Below, one piece after another: positions 7,995-18,600 of a DNA stretch of 55,517 nucleotides. Each line of letters starts with the position of its first letter. Within the stretch, counting starts at the first letter, position 1. The DNA is from an uncultured virus (IMG/VR IMGVR_UViG_3300027689_000306). Its lineage: Duplodnaviria > Heunggongvirae > Uroviricota > Caudoviricetes > Crassvirales. Position numbers and translations under genes: made by a program. The notes beneath the pieces are model-generated. The model worked only from the letters and a program-made list of their open reading frames with translations. It did not search any database and was not told the origin of the DNA. The stretch lies in IMG/VR virus record IMGVR_UViG_3300027689_000306; one strand, 5' to 3'.

Positions 7995-9947
7995 ATGGCA
8001 TATCCATATTTACCAGTAAATCCTTGCTGTACAGATGTAGTTTTGAATAGTCCTTGCGGATGTAGTTCTACAATCACTAATAGTGGTTGTAATAACAATG
8101 ATCCATGTAGTACTCATTTAACTGCTTCTAGTACTATTGTTTATGATGGTCCTGCATTAACTTGTACCACTGCTGAACCATGTGATACACTTAATGTGAT
8201 ATTACAAAAGATTGATCAGATTATATGTAATCTACTAACACAGATTAATATATTAACTAATCAAGTTACTAATATCACTACACAGATAATAACTATCAAT
8301 GGTGATATTATTAATATATATAATCAATTAGGTGAATGTTGTACAACCACTACTAGTACTAGTTCAAGTTCTACTTCTACTACAACAAGTACAACAACAA
8401 TACATCCTTGTGAAAACTTCTCATTAGATAATACAGGAGTTGATCCAGTAGCTATAATTATTACTAATTGTGATACAGGAGAGCCAGAAGCTATTATATT
8501 AAACCCAGGAGATACAAATATTTGTGTTGTAACAGACAGTCCTTTAACTGTTCCTGGAACTATTATTGTTACACCAAACGGTCCTTGTCTTCCTCCAACT
8601 AGTAGTACTACATCAACAACATCTACTAGCACATCTAGTACAAGTTCAACTACCACCACAACAACTACAGCTATTCCTTGTGAATGTTTAACATTTGAAA
8701 ATCAGGGTGATGTAAGTCATATTATAAGTTATTTAGATTGTGATAATAGTTCTAGTAGACCAATTCAAATACTTCCTAATCAAATTATAAAAGTTTGTGG
8801 ATCTGAAGGAGAAGCTAGTAGTCCTAATGTTACTATTACAATAGGAGAAAATTGTATTGATAAATCATGTCCTGCAGATCCTACAACCACTTCAACTACC
8901 ACTCTTTTTTGTACAAGATGGAATTGGAATCTTACAGGTATTAATCCAGAAACTTTAGTAACTATAGAATGGGATGAATGTGGTGGAGAAGGTGATACTC
9001 ATATAATAATAACTCAACCAGCTGGAGATTTTGATAATCCTTTTATATTTTGTTCAGAAACTTTCCCTATTATCACTTTAGGAAGTATTACATCAGAAGG
9101 ACCTTGTGAAGGCACAACCAGTAGCACAACAACAACTAGTAGTACTAGTAGTACAACAACCACAAGTACAACAATTGAACCTACAACAAGTACCACCACT
9201 TCTTATTCAGGATGTAGACCACAAGGACTAACAACTATAGAATATTTTAATTCATACGATGATGGTTCAGGAGTTGTAGATTACACTGGTTCATTGTTAG
9301 AAGCATGTACTGCATGTTCTTATGTAAATACTATTGGTCCTGCTGAAACTTCTTTATTTGGACAAAGTGTTATATTTGCTGTTGGTCAACTTGTTTATGC
9401 TGGAACAGGAACTAGTTGTGAATTACTAGCTAATGGTTTTTATATTACAAATCATGAACCTTGTGAAGTAACAGAAATTGTAGATGGATATATTGTAAGT
9501 ATTACAACATGTAGTGAGATTACAACTACTACTTCTAGTAGTTCAACCAGTACATCAACCAGTTCAACAACTAGTACATCAAGTAGCACAACAAGTTCTA
9601 CTTCTACAACAAGTACAACAGCTTATCCTTATGGTTGTACATGTATGCAAGTCACTATATCTCAAACAGATTTAGATGATGCTACAGGTAACACACCTGT
9701 GTTAGGTTTAGCTAACAATACAGTTTATTTAAGAACTTCAAAAAATAGTGGATGTGATGATTCAGAAGTAGATGCTGCGTATACAACTGCAGGAGTTGAT
9801 GGTTTCTGTATTAAAACATCAGCAATAAACACTATACAACTATTCTATTATAAAAATAATGTACCTATATACTTCCCTGCTATAGCTAGTACATACAATG
9901 TTCTATATTCAGATTGTTCAGTGAATGCTACATGTATACCTACATAA
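7995..9947 (+). CDS. Modular Cys-rich, Thr/Ser-linker fibre or decoration protein
   Basis: 650 aa: YDGP anchor, coiled coil, then about 5 Cys-bounded modules separated by poly-T/S tracts. Confidence 0.6.
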   Translation: MAYPYLPVNPCCTDVVLNSPCGCSSTITNSGCNNNDPCSTHLTASSTIVYDGPALTCTTAEPCDTLNVILQKIDQIICNLLTQINILTNQVTNITTQIITINGDIINIYNQLGECCTTTTSTSSSSTSTTTSTTTIHPCENFSLDNTGVDPVAIIITNCDTGEPEAIILNPGDTNICVVTDSPLTVPGTIIVTPNGPCLPPTSSTTSTTSTSTSSTSSTTTTTTTAIPCECLTFENQGDVSHIISYLDCDNSSSRPIQILPNQIIKVCGSEGEASSPNVTITIGENCIDKSCPADPTTTSTTTLFCTRWNWNLTGINPETLVTIEWDECGGEGDTHIIITQPAGDFDNPFIFCSETFPIITLGSITSEGPCEGTTSSTTTTSSTSSTTTTSTTIEPTTSTTTSYSGCRPQGLTTIEYFNSYDDGSGVVDYTGSLLEACTACSYVNTIGPAETSLFGQSVIFAVGQLVYAGTGTSCELLANGFYITNHEPCEVTEIVDGYIVSITTCSEITTTTSSSSTSTSTSSTTSTSSSTTSSTSTTSTTAYPYGCTCMQVTISQTDLDDATGNTPVLGLANNTVYLRTSKNSGCDDSEVDAAYTTAGVDGFCIKTSAINTIQLFYYKNNVPIYFPAIASTYNVLYSDCSVNATCIPT

Positions 9948-9967
9948 ACATTAAATAAATTTATAAA

Positions 9968-10717
9968 ATGGCTAACTGCTCTCAAATAAATAATACAACA
10001 ATACTAGGAACGAGTGCTGTCACATATAATGGCACTCCACTTCCTTGTACAGATGTAGATACATGTGATGGTTTAAATACAATCCTTGCTAAGTTTGATG
10101 CAGTGATATGCACTGCTCAAGCTAATGTAAATTCACTTACAGAAGATATAACAAATCTTACAGAAGATGTAATGATTGCTACAGAGGATATAGAAAATAT
10201 ATATAATCAACTTGCTATATGTTGTCCTATATGTGATTTCACTGGAACTGCTAATCAATTACCAGATCCATTTGATTGTGCATTTACAGGAGTTGCTAAT
10301 CAACTTCCAGATCCTACAACTACTACTACAAGCAGTTCTTCTACTTCTACATCAACATCAACATCAACAACATCAACATCAACATCAACTAGTACAAGCA
10401 CATCAACAAGTTCTACAACAACATCAACAAGTTCTACAACAACATCATCTACAACTGCTCCTCCTGCTCCTTATCGTTGTATTAGATTAGATGGTTGTGA
10501 TGGATTAGGTTATAGAGATGTAGTGTATAATGCTTCATTTGCAACTGTTGGTCAAGTATTCCAATATTTTATACTTGCTTCTCCATTTACATTACATTGT
10601 GGTACAGTGATAGATAATAATGTAATGTCAACTGCAGATTCAGCTATTGTAAATATCACTCCAACTACTTGTGGTAATCCAACTTATTGTGAGATCCCAA
10701 ATCCAACTCCACCTTGA
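9968..10717 (+). CDS. Modular Cys-rich, Thr/Ser-linker fibre or decoration protein
   Basis: 249 aa: YNG anchor plus coiled coil paralogous to 7995, duplicated CxFTGxANQLPDP, long (ST)n tract and a C-terminal Cys module. Confidence 0.6.
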   Translation: MANCSQINNTTILGTSAVTYNGTPLPCTDVDTCDGLNTILAKFDAVICTAQANVNSLTEDITNLTEDVMIATEDIENIYNQLAICCPICDFTGTANQLPDPFDCAFTGVANQLPDPTTTTTSSSSTSTSTSTSTTSTSTSTSTSTSTSSTTTSTSSTTTSSTTAPPAPYRCIRLDGCDGLGYRDVVYNASFATVGQVFQYFILASPFTLHCGTVIDNNVMSTADSAIVNITPTTCGNPTYCEIPNPTPP

Positions 10718-10746
10718 TTTATATAAATTAATAATAAACTAATAAT

Positions 10747-11562
10747 ATGACAACATTAATAACATTGGTTATACCACCTGGTGGGGACGCTGGTCCTTTC
10801 GATCTTTATTCAAATGCAGATGGATATTCAGTACCATTTGCAACAGGTATATCTGCAGCTGCTTTACAAGCTGGTTATACATCATCTGCTGTACCTAATT
10901 TAGCAACTATAATTAGAGTGAGATCTACAGGAACATGTACAAATTATATTGATATACCAATCAATTTAACTACCACTACTACTAGTTCTAGTACATCTAC
11001 TAGTACATCAACTTCTACAAGCACAAGTACTTCTACCAGCACATCTACTAGCACAAGTACAAGTACATCAACTAGTACTTCTACAACAACTAGCACTACA
11101 ACAGCTGCACCAACAACGACAACAACTACTACATTAGCATGTTTACAATATATAATAAATTGGAATGGTACAAATGCACACAATATAGAGTATATTGATT
11201 GTCTTGGTGATCCAGCATTTGTAACTGTAGATATTGAGTCACCTCCAACTGTTATATGTGCTAGAGAAATTACAAGTGATAATTATCCTGCATACACAAT
11301 AGCAGATGGTAATTGTACAGGTGGACTTCCAACTGGAGATTGCTGGTCATATGTACTTTCTGATTTAGTAGATAATGGTTCATGTCCAGGAGCTGTATCA
11401 TTTGAATATCCTCTTTGTGAAGCACCACATACAATGTTTCCTCAATCTATATCGCTTGGACAAGATCCATATAATTTCTGTAGTTGGGGTGGTGGTTTAC
11501 CTCCAGTTATTACTTGTGGATCCGCAACAGTAACAATAATAAATACTAATTGTACACCTTAA
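10747..11562 (+). CDS. Modular decoration protein (GPF N-domain, (ST)n tract, two Cys modules)
   Basis: N-domain paralogous to those of 11584 and 21058; T/S tract of roughly 55 residues. Confidence 0.6.
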   Translation: MTTLITLVIPPGGDAGPFDLYSNADGYSVPFATGISAAALQAGYTSSAVPNLATIIRVRSTGTCTNYIDIPINLTTTTTSSSTSTSTSTSTSTSTSTSTSTSTSTSTSTSTSTTTSTTTAAPTTTTTTTLACLQYIINWNGTNAHNIEYIDCLGDPAFVTVDIESPPTVICAREITSDNYPAYTIADGNCTGGLPTGDCWSYVLSDLVDNGSCPGAVSFEYPLCEAPHTMFPQSISLGQDPYNFCSWGGGLPPVITCGSATVTIINTNCTP

Positions 11563-11583
11563 TAACCAATAAATTTAAAACTA

Positions 11584-12081
11584 ATGACAGTATTAATAAC
11601 ATTAACAGTTGCTGGGGCTGATACAGGCCCCTTCAACTTACTAACAGATCTTGATGCATATACATCAGCATTTGCTGTAGGAGTAAGTAAAGCATCATTA
11701 CTTTCAGGGTTTGCTTCTTCAGCAGTTCCTGATTATGCAACAATCATAAGAATACAATCTACAGAAGATTGTAACAACTATGTTGATGTACCAGTCTATG
11801 TTACAACAAGTACAACTAGTAGTACAAGTAGCACAACAACTACATCTACCACTATTCCTAACACTTGTTATGAATTTGAAAGTGATCCTTACACCACTAC
11901 ATTTACAGCACAGTTTATAGATTGTGATGGAATTATACAAACAGTTAATGATACATGTGTTAGCCCATCTTGCACATATACTATTTGTGCATTGGCTATA
12001 ATGAGTAGTAGTGAATCTATGAGCATCATAGGAACTTGTTCAACAAGTTCAACAACAACCACTTCTACAACTCTACCTTAA
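11584..12081 (+). CDS. Modular decoration protein (GPF N-domain, T/S tract, Cys module, T/S tail)
   Basis: Clear paralog of the 10747 N-terminus (GPF...SSAVP..ATIIR..ST..C.NY.D.P). Confidence 0.6.
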   Translation: MTVLITLTVAGADTGPFNLLTDLDAYTSAFAVGVSKASLLSGFASSAVPDYATIIRIQSTEDCNNYVDVPVYVTTSTTSSTSSTTTTSTTIPNTCYEFESDPYTTTFTAQFIDCDGIIQTVNDTCVSPSCTYTICALAIMSSSESMSIIGTCSTSSTTTTSTTLP

Positions 12082-12116
12082 TAAAAAAATCTTGTTTTGT
12101 TGGTTTTACAAGTTTT

Positions 12117-12149
12117 CTCCTCAAGATCTTCTTGGGGAGTTTTTGTTTT
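12117..12149 (+). terminator. Intrinsic terminator ending the fibre/decoration operon
   Basis: CTCCTCAAG-ATCTT-CTTGGGGAG stem followed by TTTTTGTTTT. Confidence 0.8.
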
Positions 12150-12169
12150 ATAACTAATTTAGTTATAAA
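12147..12169. promoter_or_regulatory. 23-bp palindrome (candidate operator/activator site), copy 1
   Basis: TTTATAACTAA-T-TTAGTTATAAA is a perfect inverted repeat, with a near-identical copy at 30363. Confidence 0.6.
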
Positions 12170-12193
12170 TAATTCCATCTCTAACTAAAATTA

Positions 12194-12226
12194 TTTGGAA
12201 TATATAAAAACAATTGTTTATCTTTA
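12194..12226 (+). promoter_or_regulatory. Bacteroidota-type housekeeping promoter (-33/-7)
   Basis: TTTG (12194-12197), 21 nt, then TATCTTTA (12219-12226); one mismatch to TAnnTTTG. Confidence 0.55.
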
Positions 12227-12254
12227 CAATATTTTTTAACTAATATGAGTACAT

Positions 12255-13466
12255 ATGTCTGAAAATCAAAGCTTGTTATACCGATTAGAAGAGTTGTTAA
12301 CCCAGAAGAAAAGTAAAAAATTCTATGCTGAGAAATTAGGAATAAGTGAATTTGAGGTCAATGAGCTCATGAGAGAACTTAAAGAAAAAGATACTGAACC
12401 TACAGTAAACTACACAGGAGAACGTAAAGTGAACCTAGAAAGAGGAACAATGGAAAGTACAATAGTTACTGACTATGAACCTAAAGATGATATTGAACTA
12501 GCTAAGCTACATAAGATAAACTTAGATAAGTATGTAATTACAAACTACTGGTCTAAGATGTTACCAAGTGGGAAGTTTACTTCCTCAGTCTTCTCCAAGA
12601 AGAAAGAAGCAAAAGATTACTCTCCTGAGGACTTTGCTAGATTCTTAGAAAAATACAAACCAACTAACATAGAGATTACCAAACCAGATTTTCAAGTACA
12701 CAAAGATTTTGTGAATGTGGAAATCTCTATAGCTGATTACCATTTAGCTAAGAAAACAATAGATGGTGATAATGATCCATCAACTAGAGCTTTGAGATAT
12801 TTCAATGTGGCTCAGTCTTTGATTAATAAAGTGGAAGCTAACTATGATATAAACACTGTAGTGCTTCCTATATCGAACGATTTCTTTCACACTGATAACT
12901 ATCAACATCAAACTACAAATGGTACTCCACAGGACACTATAATGGATTACTCAGAAGAATATGAATTAGGTTTTAATGTACTAGTTGATACTATCAATAT
13001 GTTAAGAGCTCATTCACATCAAGTTGTAGTAGTCTTAGTACAAGGAAATCATGACAGAACTAAATCTTTTTACTTAGCTCATGCACTAGATGTATTTTTC
13101 AAAGAAGCTGTAGACGTAGATTTTATAAGAGACCATAGTGTAATAAAAGCAATATCGTTAGGAAATACATTCATTGGTTGGCACCATGGTAATTGTAAGT
13201 TAGAAGACTTACCATTATTGTTTGCCACACATCCAGAATATAGTCAAGCATTTGGTAATGCTAAATACAGAGAGATACATACAGGTGATAAACATCACTA
13301 TATGGCTAAAGAGGTAAAGGGAGTAAGAATACAACAAATGCCTAGCTTATCAGGAACTGATAGATGGCACTTAGATAATAACTTCGTACACTCAGTACGT
13401 GCAGCTCTTGCTTTAGTCTATGATCTTAATCTAGGTAAGATAGCAGAGTTTGAAACTCGAATATAA
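12255..13466 (+). CDS. Calcineurin-like metallophosphoesterase with N-terminal HTH-like segment
   Basis: Motifs IADYH, NDFFH.D, GNHD, HHG and GDKHH in the expected order; N-terminal YAEKLGISEFEV. Confidence 0.75.
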   Translation: MSENQSLLYRLEELLTQKKSKKFYAEKLGISEFEVNELMRELKEKDTEPTVNYTGERKVNLERGTMESTIVTDYEPKDDIELAKLHKINLDKYVITNYWSKMLPSGKFTSSVFSKKKEAKDYSPEDFARFLEKYKPTNIEITKPDFQVHKDFVNVEISIADYHLAKKTIDGDNDPSTRALRYFNVAQSLINKVEANYDINTVVLPISNDFFHTDNYQHQTTNGTPQDTIMDYSEEYELGFNVLVDTINMLRAHSHQVVVVLVQGNHDRTKSFYLAHALDVFFKEAVDVDFIRDHSVIKAISLGNTFIGWHHGNCKLEDLPLLFATHPEYSQAFGNAKYREIHTGDKHHYMAKEVKGVRIQQMPSLSGTDRWHLDNNFVHSVRAALALVYDLNLGKIAEFETRI

Positions 13467-13468
13467 TT

Positions 13469-14197
13469 ATGGCAACATTAAGAAAATTAGTCAGTGATGT
13501 TAGAAGTGTCCACAAGATACTTTCTACAGATAGTCTTATTACAGATAGAGCAATCGCATCTGAGATAAGAAACAACTCTTTGTTATTAATCAAAAGAGAA
13601 ACCAATCTTAGAAAGTTATGGGCAACTGATACATTATTTACTACCATTCCTTGTTTGGAAATGATAGAGGTATCTATTTCTGAATGTTGTAATTATGTAG
13701 ATGAATGTAGCATATCTAGAACTAAGTTTAAGCTTCCACGTATATCAGAAGGTAATTACCAATATGTAATACAAGGAGTTTATTCTATTAACGCTATGAG
13801 TGGTGTAGGAAAGAAGTTAAAAGAAATAACTATCAATAGATATATAAATCTTTTAAAGCTTCCTGTAATCAAGAATGAAGAATACTATTGGATATCTAAT
13901 GGATATTTATATGTAAACAATCCTTTGCTTAAAGCAATTAGATTTGTAGCATTGTTTGAAGAAGATGTAGAGAATGATATCATGTATCCAGAATGTGGAT
14001 GTGGTACACCAGAATATACAAACGAACAGTTATGTATGAATCCATTAGATAAAGAGTTTCCTCTTCCTGGATATCTAGAACAACAAGTGCTAGAACTAAC
14101 ATCTAAAAAACTTCTATCTACATATTTCAATCTTAAGACAGATGTAAGTCAAGAAGGAATAGATGGTCAAGCACCAAACTCAAAACCAACTAATTAA
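13469..14197 (+). CDS. Putative tail ring / tubular protein
   Basis: 242 aa. RTKFKLP, NGYLYV and C..PLD.EFPLP patterns of crAss-like ring proteins; synteny before the IHF-like and tail tubular genes. Confidence 0.6.
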   Translation: MATLRKLVSDVRSVHKILSTDSLITDRAIASEIRNNSLLLIKRETNLRKLWATDTLFTTIPCLEMIEVSISECCNYVDECSISRTKFKLPRISEGNYQYVIQGVYSINAMSGVGKKLKEITINRYINLLKLPVIKNEEYYWISNGYLYVNNPLLKAIRFVALFEEDVENDIMYPECGCGTPEYTNEQLCMNPLDKEFPLPGYLEQQVLELTSKKLLSTYFNLKTDVSQEGIDGQAPNSKPTN

Positions 14198-14676
14198 TGA
14201 GAACAAAGATTGATTGGAGAAGTTCTAGTAAGGACAGTTATAATAATTTCTGCAAAAAACATTCAGATATTAAACTTACTTATGATGAATGGAGAAATAT
14301 ATTATATACCTACAATGAATCTTTTAAAGAATATATATTAGAAACAGGTGAGAGAGTAAAACTACCTTTTGGATTTGGAGAGTTCTCAATCAATAAAAAG
14401 AAAAGAAGAAGGCTAAAAAACAATGTAGATGGTAAAGAGTTTGTTAACTTACCAATTGATTGGCAAAAGACTAAAGAGAAAGGAAAGGTTATATATAACT
14501 TTAATTATCATACGGAAGGTTATTTTTTTGGTTGGATGTGGTTTAAGCAAACTTCACGTTTCAAAAACTCTGACCTATGGTATTTCAAACCTTCTAGACT
14601 CACTTCAAGACTTCTATCACATTACTTAAAGACCAACGACAAGTACCAAAATATTTACCAAGAATGGAAAAAATAA
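14197..14676 (+). CDS. IHF/HU-like DNA-binding protein
   Basis: Basic 159-aa protein with an HU/IHF-like GERVKLPFGFGEFSINKKKR signature; crAss-like synteny. Confidence 0.6.
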   Translation: MRTKIDWRSSSKDSYNNFCKKHSDIKLTYDEWRNILYTYNESFKEYILETGERVKLPFGFGEFSINKKKRRRLKNNVDGKEFVNLPIDWQKTKEKGKVIYNFNYHTEGYFFGWMWFKQTSRFKNSDLWYFKPSRLTSRLLSHYLKTNDKYQNIYQEWKK

Positions 14677-14682
14677 TGAACT

Positions 14683-15657
14683 ATGTCATACTACTATAAA
14701 TATAATTTCGTATCCCCAGAGCCTGTCTACTCAACAGTTAAAGAAGAGCTTAAAAGCTATTTTGATACTGGTGCAGTGGACGATCTTTTATTTCCTACCT
14801 ACTTAGACAAGTGTCTTAAGAAGCTAGGAAGAACCACATTTGTAATAAGTGAAGAAGTCTTATTTATAGAAGATTTCCAAGCAAGACTTCCTGACAACTT
14901 CTATGCTGTAAGAGAAGCTTGGATGTGTACAGAAGTGGCAGGATATCCATATCAATCAGCTAACTCATTCTATTCACAAGCAGCTAGTGCAACTACTATT
15001 CAAGTGGCTCCATTAACTATTGGAGGAACTCCTTGTAATAGACCTGGTTGTCAAGTTCCACAATGTGATGGTACATGTATGCCTGTATTAGTTCAAGCTG
15101 TATATAAAACAAACAACACTGTGGCTAGAGGATTTACTCATGAGTATTTACTTAAGCCTGGAAACATATCTGCAAGACAAAACTGTGGAGTGGAATACAC
15201 TAACAACTGGGACTTCTATGCAGAAGCTCCTCCTATTCATGAATTCACTCCTGGTTCTGCTAGCTATGATAGTTTTGACATTAGAGATAATAAGTTTGTA
15301 ACCAACTTCAGAAATGGTACTGTACATTTATTATTCTATGCTACAGAGTATGATGAGATAGGAAATCAAATGATTCCTGATAACTATCGTATTAGAGAGT
15401 ACGTAGAAGCATTCCTTAAGTTTAAGATATTTGAAACATTGACTAACCAAACTAATGATGAAACTTTCAATCAGTTACAACAGAAGTTAGTCTATCATAA
15501 ACAAGCTTATGAAGAAGCTTATATCATGGCTGAGATTGAAATGAAGAAACAAACTCCTTGGGAGAAACAAAGAAGGATCAAAAATGATCTTAAAAGATTT
15601 AATATGTATGAGCTTCCTAACCGTACTAATAGATATGGTAGAAGACGTAATAATTAA
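14683..15657 (+). CDS. Tail tubular / ring protein (P22 gp4-like position)
   Basis: 324 aa with ARLPDNF and G.QMIPDN...EYVEAFLK patterns; directly before the tail stabilization gene. Confidence 0.6.
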   Translation: MSYYYKYNFVSPEPVYSTVKEELKSYFDTGAVDDLLFPTYLDKCLKKLGRTTFVISEEVLFIEDFQARLPDNFYAVREAWMCTEVAGYPYQSANSFYSQAASATTIQVAPLTIGGTPCNRPGCQVPQCDGTCMPVLVQAVYKTNNTVARGFTHEYLLKPGNISARQNCGVEYTNNWDFYAEAPPIHEFTPGSASYDSFDIRDNKFVTNFRNGTVHLLFYATEYDEIGNQMIPDNYRIREYVEAFLKFKIFETLTNQTNDETFNQLQQKLVYHKQAYEEAYIMAEIEMKKQTPWEKQRRIKNDLKRFNMYELPNRTNRYGRRRNN

Positions 15658-15662
15658 TACTC

Positions 15663-18600
15663 ATGGCTGAAGAACAATCAAAGAGTAATATAACTCCAAA
15701 TTTAAATAGTGCAACCACTGGATTAAACTTAGATAGTTCTATCAATCAAGTTAAACAAGGTTCACTAACCTATGCATTAAATGCAAATGTTGAAAATTTT
15801 GATGGTAACATAGTTAACTATCAGAATGAATTAGGTAATGATCTGTGTGTTACATTTCCAAAGTCTTATTTATTAATTGGGACTCATTTCATTAATGAAA
15901 AAAGCAAACATATATACTTCCTTCACAATCCAATAGATGGTGGATCAGAGATAGGATATATGGATAATAATGATTGTATCTATCATACATTAGTTAGTGC
16001 TCCATGTTTAAATTTTAATTTAAACCATCCAATACATAAAGTGGTACACAAGATAACTAATTGTACTATAGAAATATATTGGACAGATGGATTAAATCCA
16101 AGAAGATATTTAGATATAAATGATATTCCTTACCTATTACAATCTGGTACAAATCTTTGTGATCCTGTATATACAGATCAATTAGATTGTAATCAAATTA
16201 AAATACAACCTAATTTCACTATTCCTCAACTTAAAATTCATGAAGTGAGAAATGGAGGAGAACTTATATCAGGAACTTATCAGTTTGCTATACAGTATTG
16301 TGATGCTTCAGGTAATGGTTATACATCGTATTACTCAGTTACCAATCCTACACCTATAATGGATGAGCAATTAACAACAGTTAATTTTAATACTAATGTT
16401 AATAAATCTATTATTGTAAACATAACAGATCTTGATATTACAGGACAGTTTCAATACTACAACTTAGCTGTAATTAAAACAATTAACAATGGTTCATCTG
16501 TTGAGTTAGTAGGTACATATTTTATTGAAGAACCTACAGATCAAGTTACATATACTGGAAGTGATCAATCTCCAATACAATTAGCTATCAATGATATATT
16601 TGAGAAGTTTCCTTATTATGAAATAGCTCAAGATCTTACATCTGTACAAGATATACTTGTATGGGATAATCTTACATCTATCAGTAGACTTAACTATCAA
16701 TCAATAGCTAATCAAATAACTGTTGAATGGGAAACATATAGACTACCTGCTAATGAAAACTATGCTGATGAAATTAATGCTACAAACTTACGTGGGTATC
16801 TACGTGATGAGGTGTATGCATTTGAAATAGTCTTTCTATTAAAGAATGGAAAACAAACAGATGGTTTCCATATTCCTGGAAGAGTACAAAACTGGAATGA
16901 GTGGTCTCAACCAAACATTCCTATTACAAGTAATGACTTTATAGGTTATCCTGAACCAGGTACAAACTATAGTCCTTATTGGAAAATATATAACACAGCA
17001 TCGGTAACTGGATTTGTTCCAGGTTATTCTAGAGAACCTAATTATAAAGGACCATGGCAATATGGTCAAATGGCTTATTGGGAATCTATTGAAGAGTATC
17101 CTTGTAACCAAGATGTGTGGGGTGATCTTGCTGGTAAACCTATTAGACATCATAAATTTCCAGATGCATTAGTTTCTCCTGTAAATGAATCAAAAATATT
17201 TGCAAGTTCTACATCAATGGTGATGGGGAATGATGCTGTATTTCCTATTGGTCTTAAAATAGATAAAGGACAGATATCAAATCTTATTTACAATTCTAAT
17301 CTAACTGATGATGAGAAAAGTGAGATAGCAGCATTTAAAATCATTAGAGGTAATAGAGGTACAAATAAATCTATTGTAGCTAAAGGGATTCTTCGTAATG
17401 TTAACTCTTATGAAAGAGAAGAACAATACTATTACTATCCAAACTATCCATATAATGAAGTGGGTCCTGATAATGATCCATTCATAAATGAAACAAACAA
17501 TGCTTGGGTTGAGTTATGTCAACCATGGAACATTGATGTATTACAATTCAACTTGCCTCTAACAGGTACACCTACTTATGCAGAGGTTGAATATACCAAT
17601 TGTAATAATAATAAACTTGATAAGAAAAAATACACTACATTAGGTAGACAAGTATTATGTTCTATTAGTAGACCTATACCACAAGGAGGAGGACCATTCA
17701 ATAGAATGCGTACTGTACGAGCAGAACGTGAAGAACCTGTTCCTGGAACAAAGGTGAATGTAGGACCAGCTAATTATGATGTATGGTTTGTTTCTGTTGG
17801 TTTTAATGATTTTGGAATTGGAAAAGCTGGATATACAGTGGCATGGACAGATCCAGTAGCAGGATATCAAACAGATTGGGTAGCTGGAGGAATTTTTGGT
17901 GGAGAAAGTTATCTTTTAAATTGTTTAGAAGGAACTACTCCTGTTAATATATCAGGAGGAAGTGCTGCAGGAAATGAATATTTTGTTCTTGATAGTCAAG
18001 TTAGAACACCTGCATGTACAGTGGAAGTTCCTCAAAAACCTATATCTTCTAAACCAGAGCTAGCATACAGACAAGTATTCAATTCTCCTGAAACATCGTT
18101 TGGACAACCGTTCTTAGGTAATGTATTAAAACTTGAGAATGTAATGTTTGGTAAAGGACTTGGTCACTTTGTTGAAGTGAGAAGTAATGCTAAATATAAA
18201 CTTCTTACAAAAGAAGCTCAAGTAGATGCTCTAGTTAGTTCACAAGTAGTAGGAGCTTCAGGATATGGATTTAGTGCATCAGCAATGTTCACTGTATACC
18301 AATCTTATTTAACTATTTATATCAATGGTATTACAAGAAGAAACTTTGCTTATTCATATAACTCAATAGCTGATTATAATTATAGTGCAGGTATAGGTAA
18401 TAACATTACAGTTAATGGTGTACAAGGTATCAAACAAAGAATGCTTGAGATATACAGATATCTTATTCCTGGTGTTCAATCAGTTGGTGATACAATTACA
18501 GTTAATGGAGTTGTTAAAAATGCTCCTGTCAATAACTATAGAAGAGAATCATCTGTTTATTTAAAAACAATAGAGCTTAGAGAAGATGGTGTTACACCAG

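Larger units (their letters stand above)
4072..12072 (+). repeat. Dispersed low-complexity Thr/Ser-coding tracts (ACA/ACT/AGT/TCA codons)
   Basis: Tracts at about 4072-4125, 5236-5400, 8343-8400, 8598-8670, 9113-9200, 9522-9620, 10315-10455, 10968-11133, 11803-11853 and 12042-12072; also 20347-20403 and 20841-20861. Confidence 0.85.

Noticed and set aside
5259..11940. Minus-strand Val/Leu-rich ORFs and alternate-frame Gln/His/Leu-rich ORFs (e.g. 5259-5714, 8324-8659, 10212-10490, 10944-11183)
   Set aside because: They are shadows of Thr/Ser codon tracts, which lack stop codons in other frames, and they lie within convincing plus-strand genes.
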